Of a DNA stretch of 64,000 nucleotides, positions 26,108-37,391 are shown in pieces. Source of the stretch: an uncultured bacterium (GTDB lineage: Bacteria; Verrucomicrobiota; Verrucomicrobiia; Limisphaerales; UBA8199); assembly GCA_963749495.1 (NCBI GenBank), contig CAVVMW010000006.1, positions 416,001 to 480,000 on the forward strand, written 5' to 3'. Below the pieces are notes generated by a model. That model did not search any database. It worked only from the letters and a program-made list of their open reading frames with translations, and was not told the DNA's origin. Within the stretch, counting starts at the first letter, position 1. Every line of letters begins with the position of its first letter. The translations under genes and the position numbers were made by a program.

Positions 26108-28297
26108 TCAGTATTGAAAACTCACCACTTCGTGAATGTCCTGGATGAGCACTTCAACCTTGCGGCCCGAGCGATGCAGTTGGGTGGAACTGTTAAACGC
26201 CTTCGCTCGCTTGGGCCGGTCGAGCAGTGTGATGGTGGCGCGATAAAGCGGCGCGTCCTCTATGAGGCCAGGCAACACGTAGGGCCGGTTTTTCACGGGC
26301 ATCGTTTGCGGCGGCGCGTTGTAAGCAACGAAATGGACCCGCAGGGTGCGTGTGGCCGGGTCGTCCGTGACTACCGTTTCGACGTTCGCAGGCGCGGTGA
26401 CTTCAACGCGGGGAGCCGGGTGAAGAAAACGCACAGCGTTGCGAAGCAGCTTCCGGTCCTCGACGAGATGATGTTCGCTGGCGGTCGCAAAGTCTGGGGA
26501 ACCGGCGAAGGTCAGCACCGTGCCATTGCCCAGTTGGTTGAGCAGGATGGCCGGGCCCACGGGAGCCTCCGCGCTCATCGGCCATTCCGTGCCCTCTTTG
26601 CCCTGCTGCTGACGCACGGTGCGATACGGCTTCATCAACTCACCGACCGGCGCTGCGGAAGCCGCCTCATAGACGACTGCGGGGCCTTTGACCAGCAAGG
26701 GCCAATCCAGGCGTCCGCGCGCTGCAAACGGGCACTTGCGAGTCGAGGCCTGCGAACTGGGAAAGCGCACCCAGTTGTCCAGCGAATCCAGTTGGCTGAC
26801 GAATCGCGCACCGGTCAGCGATTCGATGCAGGACTTGCCCCGAACCCTGCCCCAGCGATCACAGCAACCGCTTAACCCCGTCACAACCAGGTTGCCTCCT
26901 TCACTGACGTAGCGACGGAGCAGTTCGACCTCCGCGTCAGACAGGATGCCCACGTTCGGCAGCATGACGACAGGGAACTGTTTGAGGGTCCGCAGCGTGA
27001 CGTTCTCGTCGAGAATCACGCCCCAGGGGATGTGCTCATAAACCAGCGCCTTGTGGGCTCCCAGGAAGCTCTGGAACCAGACCTCCGGGTTCTCCCGCCC
27101 GACCCAATCGCGCGTGCGGCTGCTGAAGTAGAGGCCAACCTCGGCGACGGGCTGTTGGCCGAAGTGCGCCCGGCGCGCGAGCGCATCCGCACACGCCTCG
27201 CCGATGCGCTCGTAGGCGAGCGGATCCAGGCCTCCGTCGAACGCCGTCTTGTCCACGACGGTCACAAACGCGCCATGAGCCAGCAACGTGAGCAATTCCC
27301 AGCGCAAGTCCGCAAGTGGGCGCACCGTCTGATTGTGGTAAAGCCGCGCGTCCCGTGAGATGGCCACTTGCACCGGCCGGCCCGGCGTTGCGGCGCGGTA
27401 GAACTCAGCGTTCAGCCCGACGGTCATCGCGCTGAATCCCCACATGCCGGTTTCGCCGGTGACAAAGTCGCCGTTGTTGGCGTGGCGCACCGGCAACTGG
27501 CCCACTTCCCACGAAAACGGGGGGTTGCCATGGTAGTTGAAGTCCACGGACGCTCCCGGATTCAGCGATTTGATGTGGGCGCAGAGCGACTGCTCGAAAC
27601 GGTCGCTCGCCTGGTAGCGGAATTCGAGCATCCGCTCCCAGTCTTGGTCCCACAGGACGCCATGGGGCATGGCCCTGCCGAACTGCTTTTTGAAGAGCGC
27701 CTGACAGTTCGTGCACCAGCAGCCGTAAGGCGGGCCGAAGCCTTGGTCGAGCATGTTGATATGGAAGCCGTCGATTCCGCAGGCAAGTTGCTCGGCGACG
27801 ATTTGCTTCATCGCCTGGAGATAGCCGGAGTTGAGGCAGAAGCGGTTGATGGGCGTGCCGTCCGAGCCGCGCATTCCCCATTCGGGATGCGCTTCCAGGA
27901 AATGACCGGCCTGCTGAACGACACAGTAAGCGATCACAGGCAACCGATGCTTGCGCGCCTCGTCCACGGCGTCGCGCAGCGGGTCGCGTGTGCCCAGACC
28001 CGGCGCCTTGGGCAAGACCTGCGAGTCGTAGTAGGCAAAATCCCCATCGCGCGCCCAGAGCACGACATATTCGCAATGGGCCGCCACGGCCCGGCGGACA
28101 ATCTCGCGTCCGTCAAACCGGGCACAGTAGCGCACATCGTTCGGGTCGCTATAGCCGAACTGCGCGCCGGTGGGGCCAACCTCCAAGCCGACGAGGCTGC
28201 GCTGAAACCACGGCGCTGCCGTCGCGGCGTTTCCGCGAGGGAACCCGCCGAGAACCGCAAATGTCAGCAATGCCAGATGAGCCAACCGTTGATCCAT
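26108..28297 (-). CDS. Secreted glycoside hydrolase (GHL6/GH42-like with trimerisation domain)
   Basis: Signal peptide from MDQRLAH; TIM-barrel-type DGFHI.M...GCWC..CQ..F; class I GATase-like LPNVGILSDAE...YVSEGGNLVVTG. Confidence 0.75.
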   Translation of the reverse strand: MDQRLAHLALLTFAVLGGFPRGNAATAAPWFQRSLVGLEVGPTGAQFGYSDPNDVRYCARFDGREIVRRAVAAHCEYVVLWARDGDFAYYDSQVLPKAPGLGTRDPLRDAVDEARKHRLPVIAYCVVQQAGHFLEAHPEWGMRGSDGTPINRFCLNSGYLQAMKQIVAEQLACGIDGFHINMLDQGFGPPYGCWCTNCQALFKKQFGRAMPHGVLWDQDWERMLEFRYQASDRFEQSLCAHIKSLNPGASVDFNYHGNPPFSWEVGQLPVRHANNGDFVTGETGMWGFSAMTVGLNAEFYRAATPGRPVQVAISRDARLYHNQTVRPLADLRWELLTLLAHGAFVTVVDKTAFDGGLDPLAYERIGEACADALARRAHFGQQPVAEVGLYFSSRTRDWVGRENPEVWFQSFLGAHKALVYEHIPWGVILDENVTLRTLKQFPVVMLPNVGILSDAEVELLRRYVSEGGNLVVTGLSGCCDRWGRVRGKSCIESLTGARFVSQLDSLDNWVRFPSSQASTRKCPFAARGRLDWPLLVKGPAVVYEAASAAPVGELMKPYRTVRQQQGKEGTEWPMSAEAPVGPAILLNQLGNGTVLTFAGSPDFATASEHHLVEDRKLLRNAVRFLHPAPRVEVTAPANVETVVTDDPATRTLRVHFVAYNAPPQTMPVKNRPYVLPGLIEDAPLYRATITLLDRPKRAKAFNSSTQLHRSGRKVEVLIQDIHEVVSFQY

Positions 28298-28546
28298 AGG
28301 CGCTGAGTTTGACCAAACAAACGTGGGAATGCAAATACCGTGGCGTCTGTGAGGAGGAGGGGCTTCTCGCTGGGCGTAAATCGCTTGAGTCTTTCCGGCG
28401 CTCAAGAGCGAGGCTTGGCGGCCAAGTCCGCAACCTCGATCCCTGTAAATGCCAGACAATCGAAGGAACGTCAAGCTGGACCAAGAGTTGACGCCGCCTC
28501 GAAACCGGTTAGGGTACCCGTGGGAATGACTGCCAAAATCATTGCG

Positions 28547-29617
28547 ATGAACATCCGGCAGGCGACACGGCAGTATGAAGCATGGCTGGCCGGGCACGTC
28601 CGCGTGGTCAAGAGCGATCTGGGCGCCAAGCACGAGTTGATGGCGCAGGATGCGTTTTCATTCCTCCGCGCCACGTTCTACCGCTGGGTGCAGCTCTTCC
28701 CGGCGCTTTGTCCGGAGCCCGCCGGCGCACCCGCGGTGCTGGCGGTCGGGGATTTGCACGTCGAGAATTACGGCACCTGGCGCGATGCCGAGGGCCGGCT
28801 GGTGTGGGGCATCAATGATTTCGATGAGGCGTTTGCGTTGCCGTACACGATTGATCTGGTGCGGCTGGCCGCCAGCGCATGGCTGGCCATCGAGGTTGGT
28901 CATTTGTCGTTCGCCCCGGCCGGGGCTTGCGCCGCGATTCTGGAGGGTTACACGGAAGGCTTGGAGGATGGCGGTGAACCGTTCGTGCTTTCCGAGAAGC
29001 ATCCCTTGCTGCGCGAAGCAGTCACCAGCCGGCTGCGCGATCCGACAGTCTTCTGGGAAAAACTCGCGGCCCTGCCAACGATGCGGCCTGTGCCGGCGAG
29101 GGTGATGGCGATGCTCAAACAGGCCATGCCGGAACGCGGCCTCCCTTTCCGTGTGGCGCATCGGCGGGCGGGGCTGGGGAGCCTGGGCCGGGAGCGGTTC
29201 ACCGCCATTGCCGAATGGCGCGGCGGCAACATCGCGCGGGAGGCGAAGGCGTTGCTGCCGTCGGCCTGTGTCTGGGCGGCTGGATTGGCGAACACCGAGA
29301 TCTATTATTCGCGGATGCTGACAAACGCCGTCCGCGCGCCGGATCCGTTTCTCGCGGTGAATAGCGGGTGGGTGTTGCGGCGGTTGTCGCCGGACTGCAG
29401 CCGGATTGAGTTGTGGCAGTTGCCGCGCAGCCATGATGAAGAGAAGCTCCTGCGGGCCATGGGGCGGGAACTGGCGAACGTCCATTTGGGCACGAGCCGG
29501 GCCGTGGCAGCGCTCCGGCGGGATTTGCCGCGGCGCAAATCGAATTGGCTGCGCCAAGCCGCCGAGGTGATGGTGGAGGCCACACTCAAAGATTGGAAGA
29601 AATGGCAGGAACAATGA
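28547..29617 (+). CDS. DUF2252 family kinase-like protein
   Basis: FSFLRATFYRW, GDLHVENYG, WGINDFDEA, GLGSLGRER. Confidence 0.85.
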   Translation: MNIRQATRQYEAWLAGHVRVVKSDLGAKHELMAQDAFSFLRATFYRWVQLFPALCPEPAGAPAVLAVGDLHVENYGTWRDAEGRLVWGINDFDEAFALPYTIDLVRLAASAWLAIEVGHLSFAPAGACAAILEGYTEGLEDGGEPFVLSEKHPLLREAVTSRLRDPTVFWEKLAALPTMRPVPARVMAMLKQAMPERGLPFRVAHRRAGLGSLGRERFTAIAEWRGGNIAREAKALLPSACVWAAGLANTEIYYSRMLTNAVRAPDPFLAVNSGWVLRRLSPDCSRIELWQLPRSHDEEKLLRAMGRELANVHLGTSRAVAALRRDLPRRKSNWLRQAAEVMVEATLKDWKKWQEQ

Positions 29618-29620
29618 AGA

Positions 29621-30379
29621 ATGGCTTGCGAAATGTGCTTATCTGACCAGGGGTCGCTTCCGGCCGGATCAGGGCAGTTTACGACGACGCATTGGACGGT
29701 CGTCCTCCAAGCGGGGGAAGGCGGATCGGCCGAGGCGCATGAGGCCCTGTCGAGGCTCTGTCAAACCTATTGGCCTCCCCTTTATGCGTTTATTCGGAGG
29801 GAAGGCTACGGCCCGCATGATGCGCAGGACTTGGCGCAGGAATTCTTCTATCGTTTTCTGCAAAGAGGTTCTTTGGCCGATGTGAATCCCCGGGCGGGGA
29901 GGTTTCGTTCCTTCCTGCTGGCTTGCCTGAAGCACTTTCTGGCGAATGAACGAGAGCACGCCAGCTCGCAACGGCGCGGCGGCGGCCGCCCGGTCATCCC
30001 CCTGGAGGGCGGCGAGGCCGAGACGCGGTATTCGCTGGAGCCCGCTGACAATATCACGCCGGAGGTCTTGTTCGACCGGCAGTGGGCCTTCACGGTGCTG
30101 GAGCGGACGTTGGAGGCGCTGCGGCAAGAGTGTGGCCGACAGGACAAGGGAGTTGCGTTCGAGGAATTGGAGGGCTTTCTGCCTCGTGGCCGGGGCAGCG
30201 CCTCCCGAGTCGAACTGGCAGCCAAACACGGCATCAAGGTGAACGCGGTCAATGTGGCGATTCATCGGCTGCGCCAGCGCTTCGGTGCTCTGCTGCGCCA
30301 ACAGGTGGCCGGGACGGTTTCTTCCGAAGGCGAGGTGGATGAAGAAATCCGCTACCTGATCTCGGTTCTGGGTGCGTGA
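29621..30379 (+). CDS. ECF sigma factor of the Ser/Thr-kinase-associated type
   Basis: FTTTHWTVV, LCQTYWPPLYAFIRR, GRFRSFLL, FDRQWA, VAIHRLRQRF, EEIRYL. Confidence 0.9.
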   Translation: MACEMCLSDQGSLPAGSGQFTTTHWTVVLQAGEGGSAEAHEALSRLCQTYWPPLYAFIRREGYGPHDAQDLAQEFFYRFLQRGSLADVNPRAGRFRSFLLACLKHFLANEREHASSQRRGGGRPVIPLEGGEAETRYSLEPADNITPEVLFDRQWAFTVLERTLEALRQECGRQDKGVAFEELEGFLPRGRGSASRVELAAKHGIKVNAVNVAIHRLRQRFGALLRQQVAGTVSSEGEVDEEIRYLISVLGA

Positions 30380-30388
30380 GACAGTTCG

Positions 30389-30419
30389 CCTGTAAGGTTT
30401 GCGCACAATTCCGTCTGTA
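30389..30419 (+). promoter_or_regulatory. Candidate ECF promoter motif CCTGTAAGGTTT-N10-CC-NN-CTGTA, copy 1
   Basis: Identically spaced copy at 34820-34850. Confidence 0.5.
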
Positions 30420-30423
30420 AGGA

Positions 30424-33400
30424 ATGGCCGTGGTTTCTGAGAACAAATGCAAAGAGTGCGGCGCGGTCATCCCGAGCGGCAGCCCGGGCAACCTTTGTGG
30501 GAAGTGTCTGCTGAGCCTGGGGCTGGAAGCGGCGCAAGGGGTGATAGATGCCACCGCCCTGGACGGTGAATCTGAAGCCCAGGCCCAAGCCGGCAGGTTG
30601 GCGGGCAACTCCATCGAGCCATCGTTGCAGGCCCCCGGTCCCGTCGAAACGGTCGTGGTGAATCCTCCGCCGACTGAGGGACCTGGCGATAAGATCGGCC
30701 GGTACAAGTTGCTTGAGAAAATTGGCGAAGGCGGTTTTGGGACGGTCTATGTGGCCGAGCAGAAGGAGCCCGTCAAACGCCGCGTCGCGCTCAAAGTCAT
30801 CAAGCTCGGCATGGACACCCGGCAGGTGGTGGCCCGATTCGAAGCCGAAAGGCAGGCCCTGGCGCTCATGGACCACGCCAACATCGCCAAGATCTTCGAT
30901 GGCGGCGCAACGGCCTCCGGCCGGCCTTATTTCGTCATGGAGCTGGTGCGGGGCACTCCCATCACCCAGTATTGCGACGCCAACCACCTGCCGCCCTTCA
31001 AGCGGCTGGGGCTGTTCATCCAGGTTTGCCGGGCGATCCAGCACGCACACCAAAAAGGGGTCATCCACCGCGACATCAAGCCGTCGAACATCCTGGTCAC
31101 GCTGCACGATGGCGTGCCTGTGCCCAAGGTGATCGATTTCGGCATCGCCAAGGCGACGCAAGCCGACCTGACGGACAAGACGGTCTATACCCAGTTCCAG
31201 CAATTCGTGGGCACGCCGGCGTATATGAGCCCGGAGCAGGCGGAGATGAGCGGGTTGGACATCAACACGCGCAGCGACATCTACAGCCTGGGGGTCCTGC
31301 TCTACGAGTTGTTAGTGGGCGCGACACCCTTCAACCCCAGGGACCTGCTGGCCCGGGGGCTGGACGAGATGCGGCGGACCATCCGGGAGACGGAGCCCAT
31401 ACGCCCCTCAACCCGGCTGCGCAGCATGACGCAGGAGGAATTGACGACGGCGGCGGAGCGGCGCGGGGCCGACGCGCCCAAGCTCATCGGCCTGCTGCGG
31501 GGCGACCTGGACTGCGTCGTGATGAAGTGCCTGGAGAAGGACCGGACCCGGCGTTACGAGACGGTGAACGGGCTGGCGATGGACATCCAACGCCACCTGG
31601 ACAACGAACCGGTGGTGGCCCGCCCGCCCAGCGCGGCTTACCGGCTGCGGAAGTTCGCCCGGCGGAACAAGGTGACGGTTACGGCCGCGGCCATTGTGGC
31701 CGCGGTGCTCGTGTTGGGCATCTTTGCGAGCACGTGGGAGGCGATCCGGGCGAGGCGCGCGGAACGGACGCAAACCCGTTTGAGCGGAGAGGCGCAGAAA
31801 GCGCAGGAGCGCGAACAGATCCAGGCCCGCAGGGCCCGCGAGCAACTCCTTCGTTTATCGGTCGCCAATGGGGTGCGGCTGGAGAAGGAGGGCGACTTGA
31901 CGGGGGCGCTGCTTTGGTTTGCCCAATCGCTGCGCCGCGTCGAAGGAGACCCGGACCAGGAGCGGGTCCATCGGCTCCGGTATGCCTCAGTCCTGCAGCA
32001 TTGTCCGAAACTCATCCAGGTCCTCTCCCACACGAACGGTGTTCAGTGCGCCGTGTTCAGCCCCAACGGAAGGTCGGTCCTCACGATCAGCGATGATGCC
32101 AGGGTTTGGGATGCCGCGACCGGCGAGCCCGTCACTCCTGCCTTCTGCCACACGCCTTCAGTGGGCTGCCCTACCGCCTTCAGCCCCGATGGCACTCGCG
32201 TGGTCATCCTCGGGCCGGACGCGAACACGGCGCGGGTCTATGACGCGCGCACGGGCGAGCCGATTACCCCTCCCTTGGTGAACAGCAACGCCCTCTATCA
32301 TGCGGCGTTTAGTCCGGATGGCCGCCGCGTGGTCACGGGTGGCTGGGATACTCGGGTGCTGGTGTGGGATGCGGACTCGGGTGCGTGTGTGCTCCCGCCG
32401 CTCCGGCACCAGGGCGTTGTGACCCAAGCCTCCTTCAGCCCGGATAATCGGCGGATACTCACGGCCAGCTTCGACGGGACCGCGCGCCTCTGGGATGCGG
32501 CGACGGGCCTGGAGCTATGCCCGCCCCTGTGCCATGAAGATGCGGTCCGGGACGCCGTCTTCAGTCCGGATGGCCGCTGCGTCGCTACGGCGAGCGTCGA
32601 CCAGACGGCTCGATTGTGGGATGCCAATACAGGCCAACCGGTCGGTCAGCCCCTGAATCACCCTAAAGAAGTCTATCACGTCTCCTTCAGCCCCGATGGG
32701 CGCCGGCTGCTCACCAGCGGATTGGAGGAAGCTCGCGTCTGGGATCTCTCCACGGGGAAGTTTTTGACTTTCAAGCACGTCTCGATTACAGGCTGGATGC
32801 GGTTTCCTCTTTTTAGTCCGAACGGGAAGTTCCTCATCTCGGCCGACAGCGATCACAGCGCGCGGGTCTATGATGCGTTGACGGTCCAACCGCTCGGCCC
32901 GCCTTTGCCCCATAATGGGCCAATCACTCACGCGGCTTTCAGTCCTGACAGCCGCCAGGTTGTCACCGCCAGCGCGGACGGCACGGCGCGCATTTGGGAG
33001 ATCAACCCGCCGGACGCGCGCGCGGTGTCATCTCCATCTCGCAGCCTGGTGAACCGGGCCGCTTTCAGCCCCGACCGCCGGCGTTTGGCCATCGCGTCCG
33101 GTGACGGCACCGCGCGACTGGTCGATGCGCTCAGCGGAAAAGCTATCGGCCCGGTCCTTCGGCACGATGGACCCGTGCTGCACAACGGAAACCCGTTCGG
33201 CCCGGTCCTTCGGTACGATGGACCCGTGCTGCACATTTGCTTCAGTCCTGATGGCCGCTGGCTGGCCACGGCCGGACTCGATGCGAGCCTGCGAGTGTGG
33301 GACGCGGCCACGGGCCTGCCCGTCGGCTCCCCTATGAACCAGGGGGACTGGATTACGGAGGGGATGACGAGACTCTGGCTCAACGAACTGTCCGTCGGCT

Positions 33401-34704
33401 CCTCGATGAAGCAGGCCGGCTGGGTTACCTTTGCCTGCTTCAGCCCTGACAGCCGGCGAGTCTGCGCCGTCGCAGGCCAGCGGCTGCAAATATGGGAGCC
33501 CGCCACCGGCCAGCCAACGACCCTGTTGATGGAGCATAGCGCCCTGATTGAATACGCGGCGTTCAGCAGCGTCGACGGGCGCCTTGTTAGCGCTTGTGCC
33601 GACGGCACTGCGCGTGTTTGGAACGCGGAAACCGGCGAAGCCATCACTCCCGTCTTCAGACACGAACAGGCGGTGTTCCACGCGTCTTTCAGCCCGGATG
33701 CCCGATTCGTCGTCACGGCCAGTTGCGACCGAACCGCGCGGGTGTGGGATGCCAAGACCGGTGAATTGGTGATGGTGCCGCTTTCGCATGACACTGCCGT
33801 GCAAGCTGCCGCCTTCAACTCCGCCGGGACTCGCATCTTCACGCTAACCGAGGAGGGCCTTTGCTCCTGGGACTTGCCGTCGGAAGCTCGGCCCGTTGAG
33901 GATTTGGCGCTTCAGGCCGCGGTCCTGGCCGGCCGCCGCCTCGACTTCACGGGCAGTTTCTCGGACCTCACGCCCGAAGAGAGTCGCGAAGGCTGGCAGC
34001 GGCTCCGCTCCAGGCACCCGACCCGGCTCTATCCTCGCGAGAGGATCGGTCCGGCGGAGGTCGGGCCTGGGAACGCCGAGGCTGGGAGATTTCTCGAATC
34101 GTTGGAGCTGACTCGCCGAACCCCCGAGCGGCATGCGCAGGCCCGCCCTTTCTGCGTCGATCTTTCGGCCGCCGTCAATCTGCATCTCAATGCCGAGCTG
34201 CGTAACATGGCTCGTGGGGGAAGCCTCCCGACCCTGCCGCAAGGCCGGCAGAAGTTTGGCGAGACCGAATTCGAGATCGGCCCCGGTGTCGTTCAATTTG
34301 CCTGCCAGTATTTCCAGTTGATGGGCACCGAGTTCCCCCAAAAACAGTTCCTCGGCCTCAAGGTGGGCCGCAAATGCCGCACACTGCATTTCCTTCATGC
34401 CCGGCGGTGGGGTGATTTGAAGGCGGCATTTCTGGCCAGCTATCTGATCCACTTCGCCAACGGGCTAACCTGGGAAATACCGGTGACCAACCAAAACCAA
34501 GGCAACGTGAGATACAGCGGGGATGAACCCGGGGGGGCCAAGGGATCGATCGTCGCCTGGAGGGGGACAAACAGTTTGGGTCAGGTTCGGCTCTTCCAAA
34601 CTTCCTGGGAGAACCCGCTGCCGGAAGTCGAAGTGGAAAGCATCAACCTCGTGTCCGGCATGAGTTTCTACCCGGCCTTCCTGGCAGCCATTACCGTTGA
34701 ATAG
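30424..34704 (+). CDS. Membrane Ser/Thr protein kinase with WD40 repeats
   Basis: [39 protein letters not shown] segment; many FSPDG...ARVWDA repeats. Confidence 0.95.
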   Translation: MAVVSENKCKECGAVIPSGSPGNLCGKCLLSLGLEAAQGVIDATALDGESEAQAQAGRLAGNSIEPSLQAPGPVETVVVNPPPTEGPGDKIGRYKLLEKIGEGGFGTVYVAEQKEPVKRRVALKVIKLGMDTRQVVARFEAERQALALMDHANIAKIFDGGATASGRPYFVMELVRGTPITQYCDANHLPPFKRLGLFIQVCRAIQHAHQKGVIHRDIKPSNILVTLHDGVPVPKVIDFGIAKATQADLTDKTVYTQFQQFVGTPAYMSPEQAEMSGLDINTRSDIYSLGVLLYELLVGATPFNPRDLLARGLDEMRRTIRETEPIRPSTRLRSMTQEELTTAAERRGADAPKLIGLLRGDLDCVVMKCLEKDRTRRYETVNGLAMDIQRHLDNEPVVARPPSAAYRLRKFARRNKVTVTAAAIVAAVLVLGIFASTWEAIRARRAERTQTRLSGEAQKAQEREQIQARRAREQLLRLSVANGVRLEKEGDLTGALLWFAQSLRRVEGDPDQERVHRLRYASVLQHCPKLIQVLSHTNGVQCAVFSPNGRSVLTISDDARVWDAATGEPVTPAFCHTPSVGCPTAFSPDGTRVVILGPDANTARVYDARTGEPITPPLVNSNALYHAAFSPDGRRVVTGGWDTRVLVWDADSGACVLPPLRHQGVVTQASFSPDNRRILTASFDGTARLWDAATGLELCPPLCHEDAVRDAVFSPDGRCVATASVDQTARLWDANTGQPVGQPLNHPKEVYHVSFSPDGRRLLTSGLEEARVWDLSTGKFLTFKHVSITGWMRFPLFSPNGKFLISADSDHSARVYDALTVQPLGPPLPHNGPITHAAFSPDSRQVVTASADGTARIWEINPPDARAVSSPSRSLVNRAAFSPDRRRLAIASGDGTARLVDALSGKAIGPVLRHDGPVLHNGNPFGPVLRYDGPVLHICFSPDGRWLATAGLDASLRVWDAATGLPVGSPMNQGDWITEGMTRLWLNELSVGSSMKQAGWVTFACFSPDSRRVCAVAGQRLQIWEPATGQPTTLLMEHSALIEYAAFSSVDGRLVSACADGTARVWNAETGEAITPVFRHEQAVFHASFSPDARFVVTASCDRTARVWDAKTGELVMVPLSHDTAVQAAAFNSAGTRIFTLTEEGLCSWDLPSEARPVEDLALQAAVLAGRRLDFTGSFSDLTPEESREGWQRLRSRHPTRLYPRERIGPAEVGPGNAEAGRFLESLELTRRTPERHAQARPFCVDLSAAVNLHLNAELRNMARGGSLPTLPQGRQKFGETEFEIGPGVVQFACQYFQLMGTEFPQKQFLGLKVGRKCRTLHFLHARRWGDLKAAFLASYLIHFANGLTWEIPVTNQNQGNVRYSGDEPGGAKGSIVAWRGTNSLGQVRLFQTSWENPLPEVEVESINLVSGMSFYPAFLAAITVE

Positions 34705-34819
34705 CTCGCGTCTCCCGCGAGGGACACGTGCAGACCCGCGCCTCAAACGAGCCTCCGTCTTCTCTGCGTCCTCATCGGAGTGACACCCCGCCGGTGATGA
34801 AACCGGCCGCGCGAGATTT

Positions 34820-34850
34820 CCTGTAAGGTTTTCCAATTTTTCCTGCTGTA
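34820..34850 (+). promoter_or_regulatory. Candidate ECF promoter motif, copy 2
   Basis: CCTGTAAGGTTT-TCCAATTTTT-CC-TG-CTGTA, 80 bp upstream of the ATG at 34931. Confidence 0.5.
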
Positions 34851-34930
34851 GAGGATGACGGCCATGAAACTGTGGCCATAACAAACAACAACTTCGGAGC
34901 TTGGCTTCCGAAAAAGAAAGAAAAAGCAGT

Positions 34931-35458
34931 ATGACAAGATTCAGTCTATCCAAAGTCCTCGGGGTCGCTCTCGGATGCGCGGCCCTCGTCCTCAGCAGCG
35001 TTTCCCTCAGCGCGGCACAGATCCGCGCCAATGCCGGAACGACGTTCGTCCTCTACCCCACCGCTGATCCAACTGTGTTGACGCACACGGTGGATGGCGT
35101 CGTCCAGGTCTCGCTCATGGGCAACTGCACGGTCCATTTCGATGTCGTAGTGACGGCCAAAAGCGCTGAGCTCTACGCGCTAAAGGGTTCTCTCACCATT
35201 ACCAGTGCCACCGGGGCTGCCACCCTCAAGGCCGATGTCGCAGGGGTTGGAACAATCGATCCGGACAATGGCAATTTCCTCAACATCCATTACAAGGTGG
35301 TGTTTACGGGTGGCTCAGGCGCATTCGCGCATGCGCACGGTCAGGCCGAGATCAATGGTTTCGCCTATTTTACGACCCAGGGGCTTGTCCAGCCCGCGGG
35401 CGCTTACGCCACGGGCAAGGCAACCTGGACCATGAAGGGACAGGTGGAGAAGAACTGA
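34931..35458 (+). CDS. Secreted beta-rich hypothetical protein
   Basis: Signal peptide; TGGSGAFAHAHG motif reminiscent of dirigent/allene-oxide-cyclase-like barrels. Confidence 0.7.
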   Translation: MTRFSLSKVLGVALGCAALVLSSVSLSAAQIRANAGTTFVLYPTADPTVLTHTVDGVVQVSLMGNCTVHFDVVVTAKSAELYALKGSLTITSATGAATLKADVAGVGTIDPDNGNFLNIHYKVVFTGGSGAFAHAHGQAEINGFAYFTTQGLVQPAGAYATGKATWTMKGQVEKN

Positions 35459-35563
35459 CAACCTGCCTCAAGAGATCCCGTGCGGAAACGACCCAACCCT
35501 GCCAGGCGGGCCGCCCCCCGCCTGGCAGGGCGGACATGAGCGGCCCCCACCACCAAAGCCAGA

Positions 35564-35870
35564 ATGTGTTTACAAAGCCGGCTCCAGGATGTGCACTTCC
35601 TCTTGGGAGAACTAAGCCAGCTCGAACAAAGCGATCCGCTTTTGGCCAACCGCCTCGATCTGGATCACATCGGCATCATGGGATGGTCCTTTGGTGGCGG
35701 CACGGCGGCCGAGGCCTGCCGCACCAATGGCCAGATCAAAGCCGTGGGATTGCTGGACGCCTACCTGGATCCTCTGCCCGACCTGCTGAGCCTGGGACTC
35801 CAAAAGCCATTCCTGGCCATGAATAGTCCCAGTTCCGGTTTGGCGGGGAGCAACCTAACGATGTTGTCAA
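35564..35870 (+). pseudogene. Internal fragment of an alpha/beta hydrolase (PAF-acetylhydrolase/chlorophyllase-like)
   Basis: RLDLDHIGIMGWSFGG nucleophile elbow; N- and C-termini missing; a REP follows. Confidence 0.65.
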
Positions 35871-35888
35871 GTGGTTTGCGGTCGGTTG

Positions 35889-36130
35889 TTGTCCCGGAGG
35901 GACATCCCGACAATAGCCCGGCGCTTCAGCGCCGGGAGGCGGTTTAGTGTTGCGTCCGTCCCGAAGGGACGGTTGAATCAGTCACATGTCATACAAGAGG
36001 CATCGGATTGAGTGCGACGAGCGCTATTTGTGGGATTGAGCTTCAAGCGTCTCTTCGGGACGCGGGTTCCTTGCGCGTCGTACCCGGCGCTGAAGCGCCG
36101 GGCTATTCTCGGGATGTCCCTCCGGGACAA
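35889..36130. repeat. REP-like palindromic element (GTCCCGGAGGGAC family)
   Basis: ~48-bp terminal inverted arms. Confidence 0.88.
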
Positions 36131-36378
36131 AGCTTCAGGGCGACCCGGCGTGAGCATTCCCGTCAAACTAGCCCAACACCTGAACAGTGATCAACAGAAC
36201 GGCATGCGCACCTGGCTCAGATACGTCCTCCTGGCGGTGCTGGCGTGGGCAATAGTCAACTTCACCACCACCGCTGCCATCGGGCACCCGCGGGCGTATT
36301 ACTCGAAATATATGCCCGCGTTGCTCATCTTCTTGCTTTTATCTTGCTCGGCGGCGCCTGCTGCGCCCATAGTCAGGC

Positions 36379-37383
36379 ATGACTGCCCGACAACTAAAGG
36401 TCCTCGCGCTCCTGGCCCTCGGCATGGCCGGCCTCCAATCACCTTGCCTCGGCGGTGAAACACCCTCGTTGCGCGCCAAGTGGGAAATGCCCGCCAAGTG
36501 CGACCCCTTCGCTCCCGTCCGAATCCAGGATCTGAAGGAGGAGCTGCGCCAGACCGGCTACCGCCTCGTGATCGCCATTCATCCCGACCGCCCCGCCGAT
36601 GCCAAAGGCGAACCGCCGCCTCGCGACCTCTTCCTCATCAACGCCGACGGCACCGGCCTCAAGCAACTCACCAAAACGCCCGATGTCGACGAGCGTGTCC
36701 CGCGGACCTCGCCGGACGGCAAAATGTTCACCTACAACTACGGCGATTACCTGGTCGATGTCGCCACCCTCAAGACCCGCGAACTCTACGGCGGCTATGT
36801 CTGGGCTCCCGACAGCCGTGAAACCATCGACTGCGGCAAAATGGGCATCACCTACCACAGCGTCGAGACCGGCAAGAAGACCCGGACAACCCCGGTGGCC
36901 CGCAAGGTGGATATCGTCGATCTCACGCCCAACGGAGAGTGGTTCATCTTCGAGCTTCGGAATTACCTGGGATGCCAATACACAATCGATTTCCTCTCCG
37001 CCGCCGGGGGCGAAATCCGCAAGCTCCCCAACCACGCGATCCGTGAAGGCGAATGCCACCCGGCCTTCTCGCCCGACGGCAAGTGGCACTGCTGGAACGC
37101 GGGGGGGAGCCTGGCCATTCGAAAGTTCGACCCCTCCTTGCCCGACGGCACCGACGGGAAGGTCGTCACGCTGCCGCGGGAGCCGATCGGCCAGGACCCG
37201 TGCGGGCGCTGGTCGCACTGCGGGCGCTACATCGCCTACGTGCGGATTCCGCACGCCGGCAGTTGGCGGGTTCACAGCCCCATTTGCATCGTGCGGGTGG
37301 CGGACGGCGCCACGATCACCCTCAGCCCCCCGGGATGGCTCGGCCACCACTGGGACTACGATTGGCTGCCCCCCGAAGAATAA
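36379..37383 (+). CDS. TolB-like (PD40) beta-propeller, secreted
   Basis: DLFLINADGTGLKQLT, SPDGK, HPAFSPDGKW, WSHCGRYIAY. Confidence 0.75.
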   Translation: MTARQLKVLALLALGMAGLQSPCLGGETPSLRAKWEMPAKCDPFAPVRIQDLKEELRQTGYRLVIAIHPDRPADAKGEPPPRDLFLINADGTGLKQLTKTPDVDERVPRTSPDGKMFTYNYGDYLVDVATLKTRELYGGYVWAPDSRETIDCGKMGITYHSVETGKKTRTTPVARKVDIVDLTPNGEWFIFELRNYLGCQYTIDFLSAAGGEIRKLPNHAIREGECHPAFSPDGKWHCWNAGGSLAIRKFDPSLPDGTDGKVVTLPREPIGQDPCGRWSHCGRYIAYVRIPHAGSWRVHSPICIVRVADGATITLSPPGWLGHHWDYDWLPPEE

Positions 37384-37391
37384 AGCCGCCG

